This document shows, piece after piece, positions 37,683 to 49,892 of a stretch of 64,000 bases of DNA. Source of the DNA: Yuukianura sp. NJ FZ-2021 (Eukaryota); contig CM102286.1 in the NCBI GenBank assembly GCA_046563655.1, positions 4,588,001 to 4,652,000 on the forward strand. The letters are read 5' to 3'. A program made the position numbers and the translations under genes. Each line of letters starts with the position of its first letter. The first letter of the stretch is position 1. The notes under the pieces were generated by a model, which was not told where the DNA came from, did no database searches, and was given only the letters and a program-made list of their open reading frames with translations.

Positions 37683-39830
37683 ATGGGCTCAAATCTGCTT
37701 ACACTTTTTTGTGTGTTAGTGGTACACTTGGGAATTGTTGGGCCAGGTCAAGGTCAAGAAGAAAACTTTTACTACGGAAGTTGCAAGTCTCGGTTTGAAG
37801 CAAATCCCAGCGACTGCTCGTCATATTTTGAATGTAACTTTGGAGCACGTCTTCTTCGGAAATGTCCATCGTCACTTCACTGGAATCCAGCCATCACGGC
37901 TTGTGATTGGCCATGGAATGCTGGTTGCGAAGAAGTATCTGAGGAAGAGGTAGCTCCAGACGCGGAAACACCGGAACAGAACGGCTTAGAATTCGAACCT
38001 GCGCCGGAAATCGACTCAGGAGAACAGACGCTGCGTAAGTTTAAATTATTCCAAGATGTACATTAAAAACAAAATTTTGGAAATCTTTTGAAAAATCTGA
38101 GACGTGTTTTCAAAGCTAACTTTTTTTGGGATATTAAAAAGTTACTGAACCATGTACTGAGGGATCCTTCGCGCCGAATCAAGAAGACTGCAGTACATTT
38201 TACATTTGCAACCACGGAAAGCTTACACTGCAAAGCTGTGGGGCTGGCTTACAATGGAATAGTCAAGCCAATAGATGCGATTGGCCCAGTGCAGCAAATT
38301 GTGGTGGATCAAGCCCAGGTCAAGGTCAAAGTTCATCCCCAGGAGCACCATCTCGTCCGCCCATTGAAACCCCAGTAGCTCCTGAACCTACAACTACCAG
38401 CACAACAGAAGCTTCGGTTGTCGTTGCTCCTGTAGCGCCGAAACCGCAGCCGACGCCATGGACTTCAGGTAAAAACTTCAAAAACTCAAAAATAGAAGTT
38501 ACTATTTTGGATTTTCTAAAAAATTTTCTTTCTAAAAATAGGATTGAAATTGATTTGTTACTTTACTGACTGGGCGTGGTATCGCCCTCTGCCTTCGGGC
38601 AAGTACATGCCATCCGACATTGACCCCTCCCTCTGCACCCACATTGTCTATGCCTTCGGTCTCCTCAATGGAAACGATTTCGTGATACAACCGGCCGATA
38701 CTTGGGCGGACTTTGACAACGGTTTCTACCAAAAAGTGACGAGTCTCAAATCCGGTGGGACTAAAGTCACCTTGGCTCTGGGTGGGTGGAACGACTCTGG
38801 CGGCAGCAAATATTCTACTTTGGTCAACGATCCCAAAAATAGAGCCACTTTTATCAAATCCGTCGTTGCATATCTGAAGAAGTACAATTTTGATGGCCTT
38901 GACTTGGATTGGGAGTAAGTATCAAAATTTTAAATTTAAAAAATTCAAAATTTGGCGCCTTTTTTCATACAATGTCGTATCCACAGGTATCCATCGTGCT
39001 GGCAGGGCAACTGTAAGCAAGGACTGGGTGACAAGGCAGGATTTGCAGCGTTGGTCAAAGAACTTCGAGCAGCGCTTCCAGCCGGATCGCTTCTATCGGC
39101 TGCAGTTTCGGCCAGCAAACTTATCATTGATGCCGGTAATTTCAAATCATCAGCTTCAAAACTTGACGCTAATTTCAAGATCTAGTATTTAGTACTAGTA
39201 TTTCCGTATTTCTTCAAGTACTTTCTAGTATTCAAGTATTTTTGTTGCAATGTAGCTTATGATGTGCCAACACTATCCAAGTACTTGGACTGGATTGGAG
39301 TAATGGACTATGATTTCCATGGAAACTGGGACGGAGTTACTGGACACATCGCTCCACTTTACTACACTCCAGGCGATGCCGTAGCATTCTACAACATCAA
39401 CTCCTCAATTCACCATTGGATTGAAAGTGGCGCTGCTCCAGAGAAGCTGATTCTTGGTATACCGCTTTACGGCCAGTCATTTACCCTTGCGTCAACTGCC
39501 AACCACGGTCTTGGTGCGCCGTCGCAAGGACCAGGCCAAGCTGGAACATACACAAGACAGGGCGGTGTTCTTGCTTACTACGAAATCTGCAGCCAAACTT
39601 GGACGGTTGTCCAAGATCCTCAAGGTCGAATGGGCCCATACGGTTACAATGGGAACCAGTGGGTGTCGTATGACGACGTTGCCATGGTTACAAAAAAGGC
39701 CAACTACGCCAAGCAACATGGACTTGGAGGTGGCATGATTTGGGCGCTAGACATGGACGACTTTACAAACAAGTGCGGCCTTGGGAAGTATCCACTCCTT
39801 AGTGCAATTGCAAAAACACTTAAATCTTAG
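37683..39830 (+). CDS. Secreted GH18 chitinase with two N-terminal CBM14 (peritrophin-A) domains
   Basis: Signal peptide; CBM14 #1 (CKSRFEANPSDCSSYFEC...CDWPWNAGC); CBM14 #2 (CTEGSFAPNQEDCSTFYIC...CDWPSAANC); Pro/Thr linker; GH18 with intact DGLDLDWE|YP, VMDYDFHG and MIWALDMDDF. Confidence 0.95.
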
Positions 39831-40269
39831 CTCTTAAACCTAAATACTGTTAACTATAATATTGATTACATAACTTATTCCCTCCTGTTTTAAATGAAAA
39901 TTAAGTTAACACAAATAAATTTATTGCTTGACGTTGGGACTGATGAGGAAGGAACTATAAAAATTAATTATTTCTCAACTAGACAATACTACCCATATTC
40001 AGGTTGACATTGAGAATCACATTTAACAGAAAAGTGGTAAGAAGGTGGGCAATATCCGACAAAATAAATGCAAAATATCCCACAGACGGGAATTGCTAAA
40101 TTAATTGGCGCCCTAATTTAGACTAGTCTAATTTAAACTAAAGAAAAAAAAACTTGGGTGAGTAGTATTGCCAAAGAAAGATTGTTCCTGTACGCTTTCT
40201 GTTTGTACCAATTTTGAATTAATCATCACAGACTTCATCAGTCCAACTTTCTCATTTCCGTTGCGCCTT

Positions 40270-43200
40270 TCAGTGGCAGTTTGAGCATTTGGGGTGGCAC
40301 TTCTTGCCATTGTATCCACAGCGACACCCAGCAGAATCATCCCCTCTTCCTTTTGGTCCCCAACGTGGGCCTGAGTGGAAAAAGTTCAAATTATTAAACT
40401 TAACGTCTATAATGAGTTCCTTTAGGTAAATCCATTGCAGAATCAAATTACCTTTAGTGGCCCAACAAATATGAGTCTGACAAACCACACAAGTCATTCC
40501 ATCGCACCCACCATTTTTGATAATCACGACCTTGCAAGTGGGACACTTCATTGCTTCTCCTTTGCTGATCATACGCTAGAAACGAAAAAAAAATAACGGA
40601 ATTATACAGCAGTAGCGGTGAGTATGCAGTAGAAGCCAGAGGTATTTGCGCTTGACAAGTTCTTACATTGAGTTCTTCCCTTGAAGCCAGTTCAAACTCC
40701 CCTTCCTTGAGACGACTTTGATACTCAGCGCATGTCAAAGCGTCGTGAATTGCCTTACAAGGAACGCAGTTCTTCTTACTACAAATATAGCAGCGGAATG
40801 TCCTCACTTGATTATCTTCAATCTCAGCCCAACCAGTACAATTGACACTTTGGCAATGGAATGCATTCGACATCCCCATCTCAGCAGCAGCCAAAGACTT
40901 CTTCAGCAACTTGTCATAGATGTCCTCAGTAGCAAGCTAAAGACACAGCAAAGGTAAAGCTAATGTTGAAAAATCCGAACGTAAACGTTTTCAAAATTGC
41001 GTCTTACCGCTCGCACTTCCTTGTCCGTAATGTGCATTTGGCATGAGTAGCTTCCAGATTGATAAGGACACTTGACACGAATCTCTTCCGAATGTTCAAT
41101 AGAACCCACGAGACAGTCTCTAAAACACAAAAAGAAACATTCATATTAGAACTTGAAGTAAAAACTTTCATTTTCGTAAGCTACCCACCGACAGAAACGG
41201 TGAAAGCATTCCTGTAGAATTACGCCTTGGCCTTCGTCGACATCCACGATACAAATAGGACATTCGAAGACGTGGTCAGTCTTGATAATGTCAGCAAAAA
41301 CATTCATGTCGGGCTTTTTATCCTCGCAATTTCCCTAAAATTAAAATTTGAACACTTGCAGTTAGGATAAATTGATTAACTAACCAAGATTACCCAATTC
41401 GACTTACACTTTCTTTGTCGCCGTTAAATTTGGAAACCAACTGAGCCCAGCTTGCTTCCCACTCCAGTCGGACTTTCATCTCTTCTTCAGTCTCTGCTGC
41501 TGGCAACTTCATGGCAATAATTTCTTCTCCATCAGACTTATCCTCTTCAGACGTACTATTAGCCAAATCAATTACTCCTCCCTCCATTTCCACTCCTACT
41601 CGTCGTTTCTTCTTGTTGGGACAAGTTCCTTCGTGTGTGGTTTTGCAGTCAAGGCAGTTAAGTTTTGAGCAAACTGGGCAGTAGAACAGGCGTAGCTGAC
41701 CTTCAATTACACATAATCCAGAGCATCCAGGAACAAAACACGGAGTCAAATCACTGTCAGCTGCTAATGCACTGGTCAAGGACCGTTGTAAGTACTTCTG
41801 AAAAGCGTCTTCATCTACAAGCTAAGAAATGAGAAAAAAGTTAGAGACTACGCTAAATCTTGTATAATGTCACAAGTTGGTTTCCAGACCTTCTTAATTT
41901 CTGGATCCGACAACACACCGTTACATTTTCCTTCATCTCTGAGTGGACAAGAGATCTGTGGGTCCGAGCTGTGCTTCACATAATTTTCTAAACACTCCCT
42001 GTCAAGTAGAACCAAAATTGACGTAAATTGCTTAACTTGTTTAAATACATTGTTAACTTACAAGCAAAACACATGAAGACACGATTCAATTCCAATTGTT
42101 TCAGTGGTTGGTTTTGAAACAGCACAGAACGAGCAGTCCACAAACACGAGTGGGATTGGAGAATCAGCAAGGTCGAAGACATTGGTCATGGACTTCTTTG
42201 TTTGTCGTTTCGGTTTTGCCTAGAAAATGGAAGCTTATTATGCGACTTCCTCAAATTGCAACAATTTCTTTTACAAATGGTTTTTCAGCGAGAAAAAAGT
42301 GCTGTAATTTGAAGAAGTCGTCTTATGTAATAAACATTCTTTAAGATGTGAGATTCAAAATCAAAGCAGTCATACCTGCTTTTGTTTTGGACTGCCAATC
42401 GGTGGTGTAATCTGAATAGGAGTTTGATTCATATCTGCCTTTCTTTTTCTAGAAGTGTTAACAGTGTTTGGCTGCACGTTGGGCACAGGAATCGGAATGG
42501 GTTGCGTTTGAGCTGGACGTCCACGTCGCTTCGGTGTAGGAGGGTTTACAGCAGTCGGGTCGGAGTCAGCCGGTTCTGTAGCTTTTCTTGCTGCTGCATT
42601 TTTTGTTTTGGATCTTGTTTGTGGAGGTTCAATTGTTCCAGCTTTCTTGGCATTGATTGTTACTTGATTGGCTAAATGATACATACGCAGTTGATGATTC
42701 AATTGCTCCAGCTGAAAAGGCGTAAATGACTTCTTACGTTTCTTCGTCTTAGCAAGTTCTGGCGGGAACGGAACCCAGTTCCCAATGTCAGCAAGGGATG
42801 GTGGAGTCGTTGTAATTTGAGGCAAAAGTGGAACGGCCCCACTGGTGCCAGGCTGGATTGAAAACGGATCAAACAATTTGTTTGCAGTTGCTGACATTTC
42901 AGAGTCGTTTGCGGTTGCGGTGGCACTTCCGTTTCCTGCCGTCTTTCCAGAACTGCTTGCTGTTTCTATAGGTGGAATTGCAGTAGTTGCAAACTGAAAA
43001 CCTGAATCCAGTTGAAGATCATGAGTTCCAAAATCAGAGTACTTTACGGTACGTTCCGTTTTAACGGTAGTGATGGTCGGAGAGGTGATATGAAATGCAT
43101 TAGTGTTATTAGGATCATGTCCAAGTCCAGTCGTCGTACTAGTAGCTGTTTTAGTTGTAACCGTAGTAACCCTAGAAATGCCCAATGTTGGATTTTGCTC

Positions 43201-43656
43201 AGTCTTACGTGGAAGTTCGGGAACCTGATTCGTCGTCGAAGTGGAAGTGGCTGAAGTAATAGTTGCCGAGGGAATTCTGAGTTTGGCGAATGGCAGCGCA
43301 TTACTGGGCTTGATGGTTCCTCCCCGCAACCATGCATCAGCAATTGTGCCATTAGCCGATGCGACAAAACGTGGCGTGGCGGACAGGCCGCTTCCGCTAC
43401 GCAACCATACATCAGAAATTGTACCATTAGCAGATGCGACGAAACGTGGCGTATGTGAAGCTAAAGGAGATGGTGGTCCATTCGCTTCCCTAGCCTTTTG
43501 AAGGTCAGCCGAACTGGCAGTGAAAAAATTGTAAGGCGTGATTGTGATTCCTCGACCTTCACCCCCTTGGCGCACCTTGGTGACCGGTTCTAGCGGTACA
43601 TTTTTGCGGTTGTCGTCCTTGTTCATTTCTATACCTCCTTGCTTGACTTCGGTCAT
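40270..43656 (-). CDS. RBR E3 ubiquitin ligase, HOIL-1/RBCK1-like, with extra RING1-IBR module and long Thr/Ser/Pro-rich N-terminus
   Basis: C-terminus [64 protein letters not shown] matches the RBCK1-type RING2 and tail. RING1 ECPIC...LQECFHRFC...CP and [14 protein letters not shown]...[16 protein letters not shown] precede it. Probable ATG at 43656. Confidence 0.85.
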
Positions 43657-44155
43657 TTTCACGTTAACTGAAACACATAACGGTAAAACTTCATTAACCT
43701 CCCCCCATTCGACATTTGTTAACACAAGCCCGTAATATACTAACAATTCTGCGAAACGTTAGGCTATTAAGGTTTACCTTCCGATGGTGTTACTGCTAAT
43801 CCAGATCGTAGTTCAAATTCAACAGTACATTTTCTAATGCTCCTGCTCCGTACCGACCGTATTCTAAGCTGAGTTTAGGGATAATTTGCTGGGGATGATG
43901 ACAATCCGTACTCAGCATTCACTCATTTGTAGCCTCATTTAATACTAACTTTACTTTAATTCACTTCCTTCCTCCGTTTGATCTGAAACCGTGGCCGGGA
44001 GCGTTTTACAGAAGAAAGAAAACAACGAACAATTTACTTTAGAGTAATGTGCTAATACTCAGAATTGTCAGAAACTGTCCAGCCGCTCTGACGAGGTACG
44101 TAGCGCACGGTTGCGGACTGCAGACTCAACTGGAGCTTATCTTCTCATGTCCCTG

Positions 44156-44220
44156 ATTAATTTTGTCGTATATTTTGTCGTATTTCACTGAAATACGACA
44201 AAATATACGACAAAATTAAT
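44156..44220. repeat. Perfect 65-bp palindrome (32-bp arms, 1-nt spacer) in a divergent promoter
   Basis: attaattttgtcgtatattttgtcgtatttca-c-tgaaatacgacaaaatatacgacaaaattaat. Confidence 0.97.
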
Positions 44221-44688
44221 GTGAGAACCATTTAAACCATTTGTACGTAAGATCAATGATAAATGGAAAGGCGGGCAGAAGAGTGCGACTTATCTGAGTT
44301 GGAGTAAATACCACACAATTTTTGGAGGGAAACAAACGGATTTGAACATTTTTGTGGAAATCAGCTGTAAAAGTGTCTTCTGCCGGCGGACGCGGAATTC
44401 TGCAGTAGTAATTAATTAGTAATTAGACACTTTTTTACCGCTTTTGTGGCTTTAATCACTTATTTGCGTGCTGCTCAGACACTTCTCTGGACTATTTGTG
44501 TGACGGATCCGACGTATGTACGTTTTCAGATCGAATGAATAGGTAATTGGTAACGTTATTTTGCGTGCCTTTTATATGGTTTTGTAAGTGTCAATTGCAA
44601 TAAATCGCAGTGTCGCAGGGTTGATCTGCAGCTCCAAATTCATTTGCTTCCAGCGTTCGAACAGTTTTTTGGTTTACGAGATTCGATA

Positions 44689-45788
44689 ATGTTGTACTTG
44701 ATTGGCCTTGGACTCGGCGATCCTTCTGACGTGACTGTGAAGGGATTAGAAATTATCAAAAAATGCGACCGTGTTTATTTGGAAATGTACACCTCTATTT
44801 TAGGTGCTGGAAAGCAAGAATTGGTAAGGTGACTGCGTGATGAGTAGTTACTGGAAATTTTCACTTTAATGATTGCAGGAGAGCTTCTACGGACGAGGAA
44901 TAGAAATTGCAGATAGGGATATGGTGGAACAAGGCGCTGATACAATGTTAAATGATGCCAAGACTAAAGATATTGCTTTGCTTGTCGTCGGAGACCCGTT
45001 CGGTGCAACGACTCACACAGACATTGTGCTGAGGGCCAAGGAAATGAATATTCCAATTCAAGTTATTCACAACGCTTCCATTTTAAATGCTGTTGGCGCA
45101 TGTGGACTTCAGGTGAGAACGTACATTATCAGAACGCACAAGTGGTTAAATTGGACACGGTAACTGTTAATGGTTTGTTTGGGATCATCAGCTTTACTCA
45201 TTTGGCGAAACGGTTTCAATTCCTTTCTGGACCGACACATGGAAGCCGGATAGTTTCTTCAAGAAAATATGCGAAAATAAGAAAAGAGGACTCCACACGC
45301 TTTGCCTTTTAGGTAAAAATAAGATTACACAAATAAATTCAAATAAAATTTTAACTTTCATTTTGATTTATCACCTCTTCGCAGATATTAAAGTAAAAGA
45401 ACCAAATCTCGACAGCATGGTCAAAGGAAAATTGGTATACGATCCTCCGAGATTCATGACAGTTTCGCAAGCGGCTTCTCAGTTAGTGGAAATCATGAAT
45501 AACACCGCGTTGGATGAAGATGTGCCAAGTAAGAATATGCAATAACCCTGAAAATCTTGTACAGTTTAATTCACTTGAAGTATATTTTTTGAAGGATGCT
45601 TACAAGAATCGGATCTTTGCATTGGAGTGGCTCGCATTGGAAATTCAACACAGCAATTTGTTGCTTGTACGTTCCGGGAAATGCTGTCGGTGGATTTAGG
45701 TCCCCCACTACACTCGATTGTGATTCCAGGTGAACTGCATCCGCTCGAACTTGAGTTTATATCATCTTTCAAACTTAAATTAAATTGA
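44689..45788 (+). CDS. DPH5: Diphthine methyl ester synthase, 5 exons
   Basis: [104 protein letters not shown]. Confidence 0.97.
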
Positions 45789-46263
45789 ACATCTACGTGT
45801 TTATAAAAATTTTATAATGGAATTTTTATTTCATGATTTCCGAGAATATAAATACGTCTTCTATCACCTAACGACAACTTAAAGTCCAAGTTTGATTAAT
45901 TTTATTGATTTCTTCAAACTCGCTTTTAAACTTTGTTAACTTTCCTTTGCAAAAAATTCAAAATTGGTATTTGAAGTGGGCTTTTAGCAGTGTTAGCGTT
46001 AGCAGCTAAAGTGTTTAGAATAGAGACAAAGGCACGAACTAGGAAGTATTGTGATGATCAATTAGTTTTTTTTTCTTAAATGTAAAGTAAGTTTTAAATT
46101 ATGAAACCTTAAGATTGACATCGCCGTTTCGTTTCGAAAGCCTAATCGCTTCGAATCATATACCGTGCTAACCTTATTCTTAAACTCAAGTTAAAAATAA
46201 CGGTGGTTCCATTTTTTTGCAGAGAGACGGTGCGAGATTGACATTTGATTAGCACCCATGGGG

Positions 46264-49200
46264 TCAGAGGTAACTGTTTCCTGGATGATGGTATCCCCAC
46301 TGATCATACGTTCCACTAAAGTACTGATGGTGGTGATGATGATGAGGGTATGCAGCATAGTTAGTGCTTTGATACTCCGATCCAAATACGTTTGCCGATC
46401 CTGGTGGGGTGTGGCCACTACCACTGCTGCTGCTGCCCTCACTCTGCTCCGATTTGGCCATTGGCATTTCAGGGACGATGCAGTGGCTATGATGTTGGGG
46501 ATCGGAGTATGTTGACATCAAAAGAGGACTGTTCTGAACATAGTGGTTGAGGTCATTGGACAGATGACCTTTGGGTTGTTGGTATTCCCAGAGGGGGTTG
46601 AAGGTCATGGAGGACTCATGACCCATGCCACCACTATTCGTGGATTCTAGACGCCTTCGTTTGCTAGAATTGGCTTTATCTGTGGGGGTCGTCGGTGGGG
46701 TTGGTGGGATCGGAGGACGAGATTTCGTGTCCGATTTTTCCGAGGGAAGCGGGGAAGCATCACTGCAAAAATAAAAAATTATAAATTTTAAAAAAAAACT
46801 GCTCATTTAGTTTTTTTAGATTAGACAAAACTGAAACTTTTTGCAAATCATTGCACACCATGCTGCTAAATTGAAATGTTAATTTACAACATTTTTTTTT
46901 TTTTGAAAATCTTAGGTACTGGGCCCTTCAGCTCCAAAGTACTCAAGAGTCATGGGCCCTTCAGTCAGAATTATTTCAACAATATCTTTGGCACTTCCAA
47001 AAGCAACGAAGTTCATGATTTGTTGACCTTGTAAATGAGAATTGACCAAAGGTTGGAAAAGCGCATGCGTAAGGCTGTGAAGGGCCCTAGGATCATGATA
47101 TTCGATCCATAACATTTTAAGTAAATCAATTAACCTGAAGCTGGCAGAAGATGACGAAGGGCTCTTGTCATGTTGACGATGATGACGGTGAAGATGGTGG
47201 TGATGGCTGGATGCTGGAGGGTCCGTACAAGTACTTGTGCTGGTACTGTTCCCTTGTTTCCGTCGTCTCGGTTGATACTTGTAGTCTGGGTGCATTCGTT
47301 TATGTTCAGATCTTAATCGCTCTGCTTCCAGAACAAAAGGGCGTTTTTCATCTTCACTTAGGAGCCTAAAGTGGCAAAATCAAAGTGAGAAATTTAATTC
47401 AAGTGTACCACAAACAAAAAGGCGTTGTACTGATCTAAAAAGCCGTGATGATGCTTTGAAATGGATCTTTACAAGAATACTTCAGATCATTCCTGTTCAC
47501 TCCAATTGTCAATATTGTTTTTTAAATGAACATTCGTCAAGCTTTCTTTTCGTGAAATATCAACAAAATGGTCATCCACAGATTTTAACAAAGGGGGTTG
47601 TGGGGGGTAAGGTTTCAAAACTTTTCAGAATTTTTTTCGATTCACAAAAAATGAAGCATTTTTCCTTCTTTTTCACGTTTCAAGTGGCACATCGATTTAA
47701 AAATTCGATGGTATAAAATAGTTTTTTTTTGTCAAAATTTAGGTTTTGTCATCATTTTTCTTTTTCCTAATGTTTCAAAACATTTTCAGTCGTTTTCAGA
47801 CACCAAAAAATTGTTTCGCACAAATCCTCCCGTATTGATTTTGTTTTTCGATTTTACCCTTTTTGAACTTTTTGGAAAATTGATGGAAATAGAAAAAAAT
47901 ATACTTTGCTCAAACCGCTTTTAAACTTATTATTTTCATATCATACCTATAATATGAAGCAAAATTTTGGAAGTGTTGAAATTTTGCGACACTCAAATTT
48001 AAAAAAAGTAATTTCCGTAAATCCAACCGCATGTAAGCTAGCTCCTGTTTGACAACAATGCCTTACGTTTAACGTTGAATTACCTGATTATTTTTATTTT
48101 GAGAAGTTGTTGTTGTTTTTTACTCTGATGCCCGGTAGTTAACTAATTGTAGTTGTCATAAACAAAGCTAATCTATCTCTCACTTGTCTCTGCTATCTTT
48201 TTTCTCGGTTAAAGATGCTCCCGGTTACATCGTTTCCCGGATCTCTGCTTAGCGTCACTCAACAAGTTAAAGTCTAAATGTCTACTTTTATTACCCGCTA
48301 CTGCCGTAAACCTTCCTCACCAAAATATCATTCTTGTTCCCATTTAGATCTTTCTAACCTCTCCCATAAGAGCGTTTAGTAAATTTATTTCTTCAAAAAA
48401 AGTTCATTTTCCAGAATCCAGATTTTGAACAGTGACATTATGAAGATAGCGGGGGTTTAAGAAAACAAATTCAAAATTTGTTCGTCTGGTTTGAGCCAAA
48501 AAGCCTTGGAATGGAAAATGTACAAATCTGTAGCCTCGGAATGGTGTTCATAATTATTATTCGAGGATTTTATGAACGTCGAATCGTTACTCTTAGGTGA
48601 TTGATGACCTTTTGACATTTTGTTAGTTCAACATTGGTGTTTTAGGATATTTAGGACTCAATGTTTAAAAAAACCAAAATGTTTTGTGCGTTTCTGTTAC
48701 TAAATTTCAACAAAAATTTAGGTGAAAATTTTGAATTTTGAGTACCATTGATTAAAATGGAAATGTTTATAAACACAGATAACTTGGTATTACTCTAGGC
48801 TATTAAAACCTGGAGGGAAAGTTGAAACGATTTGTTTTAAAAAATGGGAGTGACCCCCGTTGGTTCTGTACTAAAATCAAAAGTCACGTTTGTGGACATC
48901 TCCGTATGCTGAAGTTAAGTGTGGGGTCAGCGTTTTTGACCTGGGTTCAAACCGTGTTCTGTTCTTTTTGTCTTTTACATCATTTTAAGCATGATTCTGT
49001 AAATTTTTCAGAAAATGACCAATGACTAACCTCCAAAGTTTCCCAAGACTCTTGCTCAATTCAGCATTGTGTAGCTGGGGGTATTGCTCCGCTAAGCGTC
49101 GTCGAGCTGCCTTGGCCCAAACCATAAAAGCATTCATGGGCCGCTTCACGTGGTCATCCTTCACACTGGGTGTCGTGGACCTAATCGTAAAAATATTGCG

Positions 49201-49892
49201 CTTGTAAATTAAGTCATTTCGCTGAATCCAACTCATTCGTTTGTGAAAGACATAGTTTACATTAGACTCTGGAACCGTTTATAACGCAATACGCAGTTTG
49301 AGAATCAGATTCCAAATTTCGTCATAACTTTTGCGCATGGTTATAAAAGTTCGGAAATTGTCAAAATACGTTGCTGTAATCTTAATAACAGTGTGATCTG
49401 ATTCAAAATGTTTAACTTTTTTCAAAAACAAAATTCACGAATTGTGAATGAAAACAATGAAGCATTGGCTTGTTCAAACAATGTACATTTTAAGCAAAGG
49501 TCAACGACCAACACAAAGTATTGAATTCAAAATAAAAAAAAAAAATCCAGATTTTTTTTCTTCTAGAAGGGAAAAAACGTAGTGAATTCTTATGAAAAGA
49601 GCACGATTCGTCAGAAACGTGAAAATGAAAATACGCAGCAAGAAAAATGCCTGCTTCGGAACCAGCGTGCTATTGCAGTTTTTTGAAGAAACTACTGACC
49701 CTGCCATCTAAAAAGTTGACCTGCGTAATAAATTAGTAGCGTCTCGTGCCAACATCCCTCTGTTGCGTTTTTTAAAATCTTTGAAAAAACTTGAACTTAC
49801 TTTTTAGTATTGGAGACCAATGACCAGTCGTACCCTTGGAGCACTTTGGCTGCTGCTCTATCAATTTCTGCCACTTGGGCTTCAGTAGCCAT
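46264..49892 (-). CDS. SoxE-group HMG-box transcription factor (Sox8/9/10, Sox100B-like), 4 exons
   Basis: Dimerisation motif [17 protein letters not shown], then HMG box [77 protein letters not shown], then PPTPPTTP. Confidence 0.93.
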
